A stretch of DNA of 64,000 nucleotides from Squalus acanthias (Eukaryota): contig CM059438.1 of the NCBI GenBank assembly GCA_030390025.1, positions 56,050,001 to 56,114,000 of the forward strand. The letters are read 5' to 3'. The notes under the pieces are model-generated. The model did not search any database. It was given only the letters and a program-made list of their open reading frames with translations, and was not told where the DNA came from. The translations under genes and the position numbers were made by a program. Positions within the stretch are counted from its first letter, which is position 1. Each line of letters starts with the position of its first letter. Of this stretch, positions 51,154 through 63,434 are shown one piece after another.

Positions 51154-51484
51154 CGGGAGGTTTCATCAGGCCCTCCGCCCGCCCTGCCCAGTCAAACAAC
51201 CTTTCCCTCCATCTCCAATACTTTTAGAACTAATAAATTAAAGATTACAAAACAAAATTAAAAACACTTTGGGGGAGAAATTCGGTATCGCCCTGTTTGA
51301 GCGAGGCACTACCTCAGAACGCTGGCGAAGCTCAGGTGATGTCAGTTAGCAATGGAACACAGACAGACTGGCGCTGGCCAGTTCTTAAAGGGGAGGGTCC
51401 ATGTTGCTGTCCAGCCACACCTTGCCCTTTGCAGCCTTGAATCTTGGCCTGGAGAGACCTACCACCATTGTGCTGAGAGGAGTG

Positions 51485-53480
51485 ATGGAGAGGCCCAGGG
51501 AAAGAGCTCAGCGCTTCAGCGACCAGGCCTTGGTGGCTCTGGGTGGCGTTGTGGAGCGGCGATGGGCACTGCTCTACCCACAGAGTGGCAGGAGGCCATT
51601 GCCCCGTGAATACAGAAGAGTCTGGAGGGAGGTGGCTCAGCACGTCTCCTCGAGGAGCCTGGTGCCGAGGACCCACACCCAATGTCGGAAGAAGTTCAAC
51701 GACCTCACTCGGGTGGTCAGGGTGAGTGGCTGCTTTTCAAAACCTCTACATCCCTCCATCTCAACTTCACTCTGTGCCCAGAGGGTTTAAAAACCCCAAA
51801 TTCCCAACACTCATCCAAGACCTATGGCCATCTCATAAAACACACACACGCATTCCACACCTTGCATACATTCAGGGCTATTCAACTATGGGAGGCACAT
51901 CAGGCAAGCACACGGCTGCATACATTAAGGGCTATTCAACTATGGGAGGCACATCAGGCAAGCACATGGCTGCACATTCACTCAGACGCCGTCCTTCTTC
52001 TTGCAGGCCAAGCTCTCTCATAACAGGCGGCAGCAGCAACGCACGGGAGGAGGACCGGCTGACCTACACACCCTCAGCGATTTGGAGGCGCGCATGCACA
52101 GGATCGTTGCCAGCCAGGTCATAGGTGCCGTGGCCACTGGAGAGGTCGACCCCCTTGGGGACAGCAATGGTATGTTCATCAGCTTTCTCTCCTCTCTCAT
52201 TCCACTTGCCCCTCACAACACCAGCCTTTTATACTTTCAATCCAACTTACTAAATGTCTCCAGTCCTTGCTCCCTTACTGCCTCCCTGTCCTGATGCTAA
52301 AGCCACTCTTTTACCTCCCTGCTTTCAGGTAGTGAACCACCAGCTGACCAGCCTGTCCCTCAACCTACCAGTGGCAGCGACGCCCCAGGCGAGGAGGAAG
52401 AGGAAGCCAGAGCCTCACCGCCTACGTCTCCCGAGGGAGCCCATTCCGACACTGGGACCACGTCTTCCCTGGAGGGGAGCAGGGGGGTAGAGTCTGATGA
52501 GGGCGAAGCTCCGGGACCCAGTGGGCTGCAGCAACACCAAGGGAGTATGGAAGCTCGGGGGCCAGCTCCCCGGAGGGCGAGTAGGCAAGCGAGTCCTGCT
52601 GCACTGGATTCAAAGGAGGAGCGCGTCATCACAGCCATGAATAGCCAGGCCTTGAGCCTGCACACTGAGCTCATGGGTGCAATGGTAAGGGTGCCCGAAA
52701 GCATGGATGGACTGGCTAGGAATGTGGAGGAGTCCGCTGCAGCACAGGCTGACGCAACGCAACGGCTTAGTGCTGCAATAACAACAGAAAACGCTGGAAT
52801 AACTCAGCAGGCCAGGCAGCATCCGTGGAGAGAGAAAGAGAGTTAACGTTTCAGGTCGATGACCTTTCGTCAGAGTTTTTCCAGCATTTTCTGTTGTTAT
52901 TTCAGATTTCCAGCATCCGCAGTATTTTGCTATCGGCTTAGTGCTGCAATTCAGTCATTGGCTGGTCCATCCAGTCTCAGACTGCTCTCGTGGAGTCTCA
53001 GATTGATGTCACGCAAGCACTGACTGCTGCCACCGTCGCTGGTTCGGCCACATTGCCCCGGGGCTCTCACGGTGCCGCAGCAGACCAGCAATCTGTGCTC
53101 GAGCAGATTGCTCCGGATGCTGAGGTTCTGCCCCGGGGGAGTGGCAGTGTGTTGGTCGAGCAGGAAGGTGCTGTCCTCTCTCAGGATGACAGCATTCCTG
53201 CTCCCACCAGTGGCACTTCCCCATTGCACTTGCCACGGCCTGCAACACAGCCAGCCCAGACTGCTGCCGCCCATGCAGAGTTGGTGCAGTCTGCAGCCGG
53301 GGCCTCCAGGCCCAGCGCTGGTTGAGGGCGTCCTTCAAGGGCATCTGCAGTGTCTGGATCCAGCATTGAGCAGCCTTCCACCAGCCTTGCTGCAGCCACT
53401 GGGACCCCATTATGGAGAAGTAGGGTGGGAAGAGGGGAAGTGCGCAGGGGATGGAGATCACCCTCGAAGGGCAAACAGTA
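51485..53480 (+). pseudogene. Harbinger Myb/SANT-like DNA-binding gene, 3 exons (51485-51721, 52007-52169, 52329-~53480), exon 3 disrupted
   Basis: RFSDQAL...RRVWREVAQHVS...RTHTQCRKKFNDL (trihelix/SANT), then RTGGGP. GT-AG junctions are phase-compatible. Exon 3 has an insertion at 52780, an apparent frameshift near 52967 and a TGA at 53323. Confidence 0.85.
52780..52933 (-). mobile_element. Penelope-type fold-back insertion with a 17-bp TSD and a hammerhead core
   Basis: TSD cggcttagtgctgcaat at 52763-52779 and 52934-52950. Inverted arms ~52777-52805 and 52873-52901. Minus strand 52873-52845 reads CUGACGA-A-AGGUC-AUC-GACCU-GAAACGUU. Confidence 0.82.
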
Positions 53481-53601
53481 GGAGGTCTAAATAAATGGTG
53501 GGAATGTTTGTAGTAAAGGTCAAGGTTCGTGTGATTATATTTATTTACTGTTTTGCTGTTTATCTCCATCTTGTGAGAACCAGTTCTGTTAGTTCATGAT
53601 T

Positions 53602-55138
53602 TAAGAACATAAGAACATAAGAAATAGGAGCAGGAGTAGACCAATCGGCCCCTCGAGCCTGCTCCGCCATTCAATAAGATCATGGCTGATCTGATCCAAC
53701 CTCAACTCTAAAGAACACAAGAAGTCGGAGCAGGACCAGGCCACTCGGCCCCTGGGCCCGCTCCGCCACCCACAGGGCCTTGACCGATCCGAACTCAAAC
53801 TCATGTCCAATTTTCAGCCTGCTCCCCGTAACCCCTGATTCCCTTTACTTCTAGGAAATGGTCTATTTCTGTTTTAAATTTATTTAATGAAGTAGCTTCC
53901 ACAGCTTCCTGGGGTAGCAAATTCCACAGACACACTACCCTCTGAGTGAAAAAGTTTCTCCTCATCTCAGTTTTGAAAGAGCAGCCCCTTATTCTAAGAT
54001 TATGTCCCCTAGTTCTAGTTTCACCCATCATTGGGAACATCCTCACCGCGTCCACCCGATCAAGCCCCTTCACAATCTTATATGTTTCAATAAGATCGCC
54101 TCTCATTCTTCTGAACTCCAATGAGTAGAGTCCCAATCTACTCAACCTCTCCTCGTATGTCCACCCCCTCATCCCCGGAATTAACCGAGTGAACCTTCTT
54201 TGTACTGCCTCGAGAGCAAGTATGTCTTTTCTTAAGTATGGACACCAAAACTGTATGCAGTACTCCAGGTGCGGTCTCACCAATACCCTATACAACTGCA
54301 GCAATACCTCCCTGTTTTTATATTCTATCCCCCTAGCAATAAAAGCCAACATTCCATTGGCTTTCTTGATCACCTGCTGCACCTGCATACTAACTTTTTG
54401 ATTTTCTTGCACCAAGACCCCCAGATCCCTTTGTACTGCAGTACTTTCCAGTTTCTCGCCATTAAGATAATAACTTGCTCTCTGATTTTTCCTGCCAAAG
54501 TGCATAATCTCACATTTTCCAATATTGTATTGCATCTGCCAAATCTCTGCCCACTCACCCAGCCTGTCTATATCCCCTTGTAGGTTTTTTATGTCCTCCT
54601 CACTCTCTACTTTCCCTCCCATCTTTGTATCATCTGCAAACTTTGATATGTTACACTCGGTCCCCTCCTCCAAATCGTTAATATAGATTGTAAAGAGTTG
54701 GGGACCCAGCACAGACCCCTGCGGAACACCACTGGCTACTGGTTGCCAGTCCGAGAATGAACCATTTATCCCAACTCTCTGCTTCCTGTTAGATAACCAA
54801 TCCTCCACCCATGCCAGAATATTACCCCCAATCCAGTGATTTTTTATCTTGAGTAATAATCTTTTATGTGGCACCTTGTCGAATGCCTTCTGGAAGTCTA
54901 AATACACTACATCCACTGGTTCCCCTTTATCCACCCTGTACGTTATGTCCTCAAAGAACTCAAGCAAATTTGTCAGACATGACTTCCCCTTCATAAAGCC
55001 ATGCTGACTTTGTCCTATTAAATTATGTTTATCTAAATGTTCCGTTACTGTCTCCTTAATAATAGACTCCAAAATTTTACCCACCACAGATGTTAGGCTA
55101 ACTGGTCTATGATTTCCAGCCTTCTGCCTACAACCCTT
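53602..55138 (-). mobile_element. 5'-truncated CR1 LINE nested between the two Harbinger genes; RT frame open
   Basis: NHRPVSLTSVVGK, YLDFQKAFDKV, GVPQGSVLGP, FADDTK; tail (ttcttatg)n at 53602-53625. Confidence 0.96.
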
Positions 55139-55330
55139 TGTTGTGTTTGTTTCTAATTGTTTGTCCTGAATAAACGACACACACAGAGTTTGTTAAAGAA
55201 AAAAAAAATTTGATTCAAAATTTACATTTTTGGCCTTTGGAATCATTCCAGCTTTGGCCGGCAATAGGGGGTGCGGGTTGCTTTCCATGATGTTGTTCTC
55301 CATGCCAGAAGCCATCTTCTGAGTAGGGGC

Positions 55331-56401
55331 TTAGAAGCGGCTTCTTATCAGCCGTTCACGGATGGCCCTTGCAGTGGGAACATTGTGGGCCTCCCTCCCA
55401 CCTTGGTGCTGCTGCTGATCCTCCTCCTCTTCCTCCTCCTCCTCCTCCTCAGGTGGTGCTCCAAGGCCTGGTGGCATTGGCTGGGTCCTCAGGATTGCCA
55501 GGTTGTGAAGCATGCAGCACACAACTATGAACAGGGAGACTCGCTCAGGCGAGTACTGCAGGGCTCCTCCTGAGTGGTCCAGACAGCGGAACCGTTGCTT
55601 GAGCACGCCGATCGTCTGCTCAATGATGTTCCTGATGGCGATATGGCTCTCATTGTACCGCAGCTCAGCAGGGGTGTTGGGGTTACGGAGCAGTGTCATC
55701 AGCCAGGTGCAGAGTGGATAATCCTTGTCCCTGAGGAGCCATCCACTTGGGTGATGCGGTGCCTGGAAAAGGTCTGACACACCAGTCTGGCGCAGGATGA
55801 AAGCATCGTGGCTGCTGCCAGGATAGCGGGCATTGACGGCAAGTATCAGCTGTGTGTGGTCACAGACAAACTGCACATTTAAGGAGTGGTAGCCCTTGCA
55901 GTTTCGGAATACCTCTGCATTTTCATGCGGTGCTCGCAATGCCACATGCGTGTAGTCAATGGTGCCCTGCACCATGGGGAAGCCCGCTATCCTCGCAAAG
56001 CCACATGCGCGTTCATGCTGTTTGGCCCGGGTCATGGGGAAAGAGATGTACTGGCATCTCCTTTTATACAGGGCATTTGTCACCTCCCGGATACAACAAT
56101 GGACAGCGAACTGGGAGATATTGGCGATGTCCCCAGTAGATGCTTGAAAGGAGCTGGTGGAATAAAAGTTCAGAGCCACTGTGACCTTCACTGCCACCGA
56201 CAGAGACGTCCTGGTCCTCAGTTGAGGCTGCAGATCTGATTGCAGCAGGTGGCAGAGCTCAGTGACCACCTCCTTGCTGAAGCGCAGCCTGTGCAAACAC
56301 TGCTCCTCAGACAAATGAATGTAGGAGAATTGTTCCCGGAATACCCTGGGGGGGTAAGGTCTCCTGTGCAGAGGCCTGTTGGCCCTCCTCCCTCTGGCCA
56401 T
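55331..56401 (-). CDS. Harbinger (HARBI1-like) DDE transposase, 356 aa from the first ATG; the frame stays open upstream to 56629
   Basis: GFPMVQGTIDYTHV, YPGSSHDAFIL, LRDKDYP, RNIIEQTIGVLKQRFRCL, CCMLHN and a poly-E tail; lies inside the TIRs. Confidence 0.9.
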   Translation of the reverse strand: MARGRRANRPLHRRPYPPRVFREQFSYIHLSEEQCLHRLRFSKEVVTELCHLLQSDLQPQLRTRTSLSVAVKVTVALNFYSTSSFQASTGDIANISQFAVHCCIREVTNALYKRRCQYISFPMTRAKQHERACGFARIAGFPMVQGTIDYTHVALRAPHENAEVFRNCKGYHSLNVQFVCDHTQLILAVNARYPGSSHDAFILRQTGVSDLFQAPHHPSGWLLRDKDYPLCTWLMTLLRNPNTPAELRYNESHIAIRNIIEQTIGVLKQRFRCLDHSGGALQYSPERVSLFIVVCCMLHNLAILRTQPMPPGLGAPPEEEEEEEEEEDQQQHQGGREAHNVPTARAIRERLIRSRF

Positions 56402-57207
56402 GATTGCCACTCTCTCTCTGTGTCTCTGATGCCTCCGATTCTGCAGGCGCAGGACGACGCCCCGAATCAGTGCAGCCCCCAAAGTCTCTTCTAAATCGCT
56501 GCAATGAAGGTGAAATAAAAATGAACCTGCAAAGTGCTGCTCAGTACCCAAAACTCCTTCACACAGCGTTGAATCTCTCCAGAAATCTCTCTCTCTCTCA
56601 GAATGCGAGGTGCAAAATTTAGTCGACAAGAAAAGGCAGGAAACAGCCGCCTTTAAACAGCGCTCCCTCAGCCCCTTCCCGACTGCAAAACGTTCCCCGC
56701 TACCTGTCGTTGCTAGCGGCAGGCGGAAAGGCAGGGGGTGCGACTCAATATCCGGTCCAGGGAGCTACTGGGGGGTTGCACGCTTGACTGACATCACGAT
56801 CTGCGGACGCAGGAGATCGTGGCGGTAGTGTTTGGCGCCGCCGCAAAATGTTTGGTCAATTTCGCGAGTGGCGCAAAAATCGCCGTGCCCGGGCGCTAAT
56901 TTCCTCGTGCCCCGTTAGCGCCCCCCGGAGGCGCTAACCAACTGAATTTTTCCCCCTTTATTTAAACGCCCCTGTGATTTTTCTCCTGGGTTTGTTTGCA
57001 GCAGTGTCCAGGAGACTGATCTTAAATTCCTGAGATTCCAGGACAAGCCTGCGAGGTTGGCCACCCGAAGGCTGAGAGCTTCCAGCTTTTCCTGTTTTTG
57101 TTTCAGATTTCCAGTTTCAGCACTTTCTTTGCTTTTTGTTCCACAATTGTCCCCAGCACCCTTGGCTAAGGAATAGAAACAGAAAATTCAGCGAACGATC
57201 CCACTCC

Positions 57208-58048
57208 TTTTTTTAAAATTTGTTTTTTATGGGATGTGGGCGTCGCTGGCAAGGCCAGCATTTATTGCCCATCCCTAATTGCGCTTGAGAAGGTGGTGGT
57301 GAGCCGCCTTCTTGAACTGCTGCAGTCCGTGTGGTGAAGGTACTCCCACAGTGCTGTGAGGAGGGAGTTCCAGGATTTTGAACCAGTGACAATGAAGGAA
57401 TGGCGATATACATCTAAGTCAGGATGGTGTGTGACTTGGAGGAGAACTTGGAGGTGATGGTGTTCCCATGTGCCTGCTGCCCTTGTCCTTCTAGGTGGAA
57501 GAGGTCGTGGGTTTGGGAGGTGCTGCCGAAGAAACCTTGGCGAGTTGCTGCAGTGCATCTTGTAGATGGTACACACTGCAGCCACGGTGCGCCGGTGGTG
57601 GAGGGAGTGAATGTTTAAGGTGGTGGATGGGGTGCCAATCAAGTGGGCTGCTTTGTCCTGGATGGTGTCGAGCTTCTTGAGTGTTGTTGGAGCTGCACTC
57701 ATCCAGGCAAGTGGAGCGTATTCCATCACACTCCTGACTTGTGCCTTGTAGATGGTGGAAAGGCTTTGGGGAGTCAGGAGGTGAGACACTCGCCACAGAA
57801 TACCCAGCCTCTGACCTGCTCTTGTTGCCACAGTATTTATGTGGCTGGTCCAGTTAAGTTTCTGGTTAATAGTGACCCCCAGGATGTTGATGGTGGGGGA
57901 TTCGGCGATGGTAGTGCCATTGAATGTCATGGGGAGGTGTTTAGACTCTCGCATGTTGGAGATGGTCATTGCCTGGCACTTGTGTGGCACGAATGTTACC
58001 TGCCACTTATCAACCCAAGCCTGAACGTCGTCCAGATCTTGTTGCATG
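57208..58048 (-). mobile_element. 5'-truncated non-LTR retrotransposon (CR1-group, a family distinct from the others here)
   Basis: QQDLDDVQAWVDKWQVTF...ILGVTINQKLNW...IYKAQVRSVMEY; A-rich tail at 57208-57230. Confidence 0.9.
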
Positions 58049-58394
58049 CGAACCACTTTCCCACAACTGGCACAGGTGTGAGGGCCTAAACGACCTCCTT
58101 CTGGGCTATAGAGTCTGTGTTTCAACTTCTCATGGAACGTTTGAAGATGTGGACATCTAGTGCGATCAGGACTGGGCTAGTTATCCATGTTTCAGGGGCT
58201 GTCTGGTTCACACATGCACAGTGGCTACTCAGGTGAGCAGCAGGTGTCAGTGGGGTTGTGCCCCGTGTGACTCTGTGTCTCGAGGAGAGAGGGGGACAAG
58301 GAAATCTATGCCAGAGAAATGATGACTGTGGGGATGTTACAATGTCAGCTATTTTACAGGGATATTGCCCTTGTACAGATTTCAGAGCTCTCAC

Positions 58395-58533
58395 GATAGC
58401 AAAATACTGCGGATGCTGGAAATCCGAAATAACAACAGAAAACGCTGGAAAAACTCAGCAGGCCAGGCAGCATCCGTGGAGAGAGATGCTGCCTGGCCTG
58501 CTGAGTTTTTCCAGCGTTTTCTGTTGTTATTTC
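58395..58533. mobile_element. Penelope-type fold-back insertion: perfect 49-bp inverted repeat with a 16-bp TSD
   Basis: Arms 58426-58474 and 58485-58533. Direct repeat atttcagagctctcac at 58379-58394 and 58529-58544. Same family as 52780-52933. Confidence 0.85.
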
Positions 58534-58671
58534 AGAGCTCTCACTTGTGTAAAGCAATCATAGGCATTGGGCTAAACTGTCCATCTATTGGTGTGAGGGG
58601 TCCTGAGGGCCAGAGATCACCACAGGCAAATGGTAATTCAGACATCATATTATTCTTGCACACTTAAAACA

Positions 58672-59771
58672 GACACACACACATTGCGTGGAGTTCTTGC
58701 ACACACACGCACACACACGCACACACACACGCACACACACACGCACACACACACACGCACACACACACACACACACCCCACACACACACACACACCCCAC
58801 ACACACACACACACACCCCACACACACACACACACCCCACACACACACACACACCCCACACACACACACACACACACACCCCACACTCACACACACACCC
58901 CACACACACACACACACCCCACACACACACACACACACACCCCACACTCACACACACACCCCACACACACACACACACCCCACACTCACACACACACACA
59001 CACCCCACACTCACACACACACACACACCACACACACATGCACACACACACACACCACACTCACACACACGCACACACGCCCCACACACGCACACACACC
59101 CCACACTCACACACACACACACACACCACACACACACACCCCACACACACACCCCACACACACACACACACACACCACACACACTCACACACACACACCA
59201 CACACACACACACGCACACACCACACACACACGCACACACCACACACACACTCACGCACACACACACGCACACACTCACGCACACACACACGCACACACA
59301 CACACACACCACACACATGCACACACCACACACACGCACACACCACACACACACACACTCACACACACCAAAACACACCACACACACACCACACACACAC
59401 GCACACACACACTCACACACACACACACACTCACACACACACACACACTCACACACACACACCACACACACTCACACACACCAACACACACACACCACAC
59501 ACACACACCACGCACACACATATACACTCACACACACACACCACACACACACACCACACACACACACACACCACACACACACACACCACACACGCACACA
59601 CACACGTGCACACACACACCACACACACGCACACACACACTCACACACACACACACACACACGCACACACGCACACACGCACACACGCACACCACACACA
59701 CACACACCACACACACGCACACAAACATACACAGAGCATGGCGTTCTAACAAACTTAGAGACACACACACA
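58672..59771. repeat. ~1.1-kb interrupted (CA)n microsatellite
   Basis: Read directly. Confidence 0.97.
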
Positions 59772-59827
59772 AACCACATTGCGTGGAACTCTTACACATT
59801 TATAGATGCCCCCACTGTGTGTAGTCA

Positions 59828-60905
59828 GGAACATAGAACCAGGAGTAGGCCAGTCAGCCCCTCGAGGCTGTTGTCTCATGCTTCATGGCTGATCAACTCC
59901 ATTTACCCGCCTTTAATCCACATCCCGCGATACCCTGGCCCAACAAAAATCTATTGATCTCAGTCTTGAAGATTTCAATTGACCCCCAGCATCCACAGCC
60001 TATTGGGGAGAGTTCCAGATTTCCACTCCCCTTTGTGTGAAGAAGTGCTTCCTGATTTCACCCTGAACGGCCTGGCTCTAAATTTAAGGTTCTGCCCGCT
60101 TGTTCTGGACTCCCCCCACCAGAGGAAATGCTTTCTCTGTATCTACCCTATAGAATAGCTTTATCATTTTAAACACCTTCTAAACTTGAGTGAATACAAG
60201 CTAAGTTTATGCAACCCATCCTCATAATTTAATCATTTAAGCCCCGGTATCGTTCTGGTGAATCTGTGCTGCACCTCCTCCAAGCCCAATCTCTCCTTCC
60301 TGAGGTACAGTCGGCCAAACTGAAGACACTTCTCCGGGTGGGGTCTGAACAAGGTTCTGTACAACTGAAGCATCACTTCTTTACTTCCAACCCTCTCCAG
60401 ATAAAGGCCAGCAGTCCATTCGCCTTTCTGATTTCTTTTTGTACCTGTGCACCAGCTGTTAGTGATTTAAGGACACCCACATCCCTTTCCTCCTCTACAG
60501 CTCCTGCTCTCTCACCACTAACAAAACAATCAAACTTGTCTTTCTTGGATCCAAAGTGGATGGCCTCAGTTTCCCCACAATGAAACCATCTGCCAGTTTT
60601 ACCCACTCACTTAATCTGTCAATTTCCCTTTATAACTTCCTGCTCCCATCTACTCAACTTACTGTGTCTCCTAACTTATCTGCAAACTTGGATAGACAAC
60701 TCTTGATTCCTTCCTTGATATATATGGTGAAAAGCTGACCCCGGAACAGATCCCCGGGAACACCACTTGTCACAGAGAATGTTCCCTTTATCCCCACTCT
60801 CTGTCTGCTACCATTCAACCAATTTCCAACCCATGTCACAAGATTACCTCCAATTCTGTGCATTTTTATTTTTGCTAATGATCTCCTGTGTGGAACCTTA
60901 TCAAA
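59828..60905 (-). mobile_element. Degraded CR1 LINE 3' portion
   Basis: Fragments WLNGSRQRVGIKG, LSKFAD, RKANGLLAFI; 3' end gaacatagaaccaggagtaggcc. Confidence 0.85.
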
Positions 60906-62080
60906 TTCTTACACACTTTAAGGTGTAGTGTGTATTCCTGTTAAACCAGTTCTTGTCACAGTACAATAAAAGCTTTCTTTTAAAGAACCAGAAATAAAAT
61001 TCGCCCCTAAACAAGCTCTGAATAATGAGGAGATGGAATATTTCCCCAGGATTTTGATAGTGATGCCTTAGTCCTTTGTTGGAGAATCTTTGTAGAAAGG
61101 AGAACTACACTCACAACTTACAAGTGACCTGTTGTGTAATTTAATTTAATTTAATATAAAATGGTGTGGGGAGAGAGCAGGAAATTAGAACTGTGTGAAA
61201 TCAACCCCTGAAAAGTTCACCTCTGAAATCCTCCCAATCAGAAACATCTGGCCTGTTGATAGGGCCATGGGAGTTTCAAGGTGTGACAGACAGCGAGGCC
61301 AGCGCCCCCAACGGGAACACACTGAGTCGATCTGCAACTCCCGCCCAGCTGTCCTTCAGTTGGGACCTGGTTGAGGAATCGATGATACCTGTGGCTCCAG
61401 TGCAGCTGGTCGATCCCATGTGCCCGTGTTGATGTGGCTGGCAGCACTGTGTGTGAATTTTAAAATCCCTGCCCCAGCAGATCAGCTGCTTCTGCTGGTA
61501 GGAAAGCTCAAAAGGTGGACCAGATAAGATTGAGAAGTGGGCCAGCGATTGGACAGTCCATGGCTACAACCTACTCAAAACCTGATCTCAACACCCAGTA
61601 CTGTAAACTAGATGTTAATGCGAAACCAAGGTACCAGCAATGCTTTTAATAACAACAAGACTCCAAAGCTACAAATAGCAAAGCTTTGACTAGTCAACTG
61701 GTCAACTTGCTCCAGAGGTGTGACCAGCTACCTTCAGGGTCAGAAATCTCAGTGAGAATATTTTGCTGTATGGAACCATGCAGAAGGCCCGCAGAGAGTT
61801 GTGTGCTGGAAACTGAAGGGGAAAACCTCACATTTAAAGACAAATGTGAATATAACAAAAGCACACTTGAATTCCACGCGGACATATTGTCCAAAAATGG
61901 CACATCAGCAGATTGAGAAAACATTCCGCCACAGAGAGATTACAAGTGCTTCTTGCAACCCAAGTGAAATCAGGCTACGAGGAATGACTAACTACTGTGC
62001 CAGATTCATGCCAAACTTTGCCACTACTTACAGAATTGCCACAGGTTTTTCTTCGAAAATGACCTACAAACTCTCACACT

Positions 62081-62260
62081 AAAGCAAAATACTGCGGATG
62101 CTGGAAATGTGAAATGAAAACAGACAGTGCTTGAAATATTCAGCAGGCCAGGCAGCATCTGTGAGAGAGAAACAGAGTTAACGTTTCAAGTCGATGGGTC
62201 TGACGAAAGGTCATCGAGCTGAAGGTTAACTCTGTTTCTTTCTCCACAAACGCTCCTGAT
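62081..62260. mobile_element. Older Penelope-type fold-back copy with a decayed hammerhead core
   Basis: aaagcaaaatactgcggatgctggaaat... as at 58398; ctgacgaaaggtcatcgagctgaagg at 62200 (GAAAC lost). Confidence 0.72.
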
Positions 62261-62319
62261 CATCTGATCGGAAGCGATAATGTTTGATCAATGTCAGAGG
62301 TTCTATGGCAACTGTTGCA

Positions 62320-62590
62320 CACTAGGGACATATGGTCACAAGGAATTGATGAAAACTGGACACAATGTTCTAACTGCAGCCTATCTAATGACCTACAGAT
62401 GCATCATTACCTCTCTGCTTTTGTACTCAGTGCCCCTGTATATAAAACCCAGGATCTCATATTCTTTACAGCTTTATCAACTTGCTCCCCTTTTTTTAAT
62501 CATTTGTGTATCGGAAGCCCTGAGTCTCTCTGCTCCCGACTCCCTTCAGTTTCACCATTTAGTGTCTTCGTCCTTTCCTTATTCACCAGT
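62320..62590 (-). mobile_element. Highly degraded CR1 fragment
   Basis: aaaactggacaca...ttttgtactcagtgcccctgtatataaaacccaggat is the reverse complement of the region encoding ILGFI..G.EYKS. Confidence 0.55.
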
Positions 62591-63314
62591 GGCTTCAGGG
62601 CCAGAGCTGGAGGCAGGGTTAGTAATATGTTGCGTGCGGGCTTTTTGTTGCTGGAACGCTGGCTGACTGATACATTAGAGAGGGACAGGACTCTCAGTTT
62701 TGCCTTCTGCTCAGCAGCCAGGGCAGGGCTGTTAGACTCACTTACAAACAGAGTTAAATCAGAGGGCATTCCAGGGGTCAAGGCAGCACGAACCCAGACC
62801 CTCTGACCCAGAGTTTCACGGGATAGAGGGGAGGGGAAGCCCAACAGCTGGATGTGGCAGGTTTAAAAGGCTTTTCAGTGTAGCCCAGTTTAACTGAACA
62901 GATTGGGTAGGTTACAATCAGTTACACTAACAACCCCACTGCACGCGAGTCTCTTCCAATCCCTACCTTTTTTCCAGGAACTTCCTATTCCGAAGATGCC
63001 ATTTTTCCCAAACATCATCACTCAGGGAGCTGTTTCCAGTGAGCCTGCTGCTGTTCCACTTCAGACTCCAGCTCTCCCCGCACACACACCCATGTCTGCC
63101 GGCAAAATCCTCCCACTGTAAAAACGGATATATTCCTGTCACTCTCTGGCTGGATTAAGCTGGTAATGAAGGAAGGAAGCTGGGTGTGAGCATAGCTGGG
63201 TCACTGGCTGCACTTCCCACAGCTCGAGGCAGACATCCAGCAACCACTTGTGAAGGGAACAGCTCCCTTCCTGATAAAGCCAGGGGGTGGGGAGGAGGAG
63301 GAGAGAACAAGTAC

Positions 63315-63434
63315 CTCGGCTAATCAGCACTCCACTCAAACCCACAACAGGACTGGGGAGGCTCCGGCAGCCACTCGCAGCTGTGCTGTGGAGAGGAGGC
63401 TGAAAGCTGAAGACTTGCGCTCGTTTAATAAAGT
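63315..63434 (-). CDS. Candidate upstream exon (120 nt) of the host gene
   Basis: Acceptor tttttatttatttcag|AC, donor CGAG|gtactt. Open frame FIKRAQVFSFQPPLHS...LISR; its phase-1 end fits the 50377 acceptor. No homology support. Confidence 0.25.

Larger units (their letters stand above)
51271..56956. mobile_element. Full-length PIF/Harbinger DNA transposon with two nested insertions
   Basis: TIRs gggggagaaattcggt (51271-51286) and actgaatttttccccc (56941-56956), 14/16 match. ttt on both flanks gives a 3-bp TSD. Convergent Myb/SANT gene (+) and DDE transposase (-). Confidence 0.92.

Noticed and set aside
55331..56629. Calling this the domesticated host gene HARBI1
   Set aside because: It lies between TIRs with a TSD and a Myb partner, and a related decayed copy occurs in the same window, so it is a transposon copy.
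56960..57066. hAT-like MITE hosting the Harbinger (ends ggttggccaccc)
   Set aside because: Only one plausible terminus is visible; no matching left end or TSD was found.
58630..59879. His/Thr- and Cys/Val-rich ORFs
   Set aside because: Translations of the (CA)n tract.
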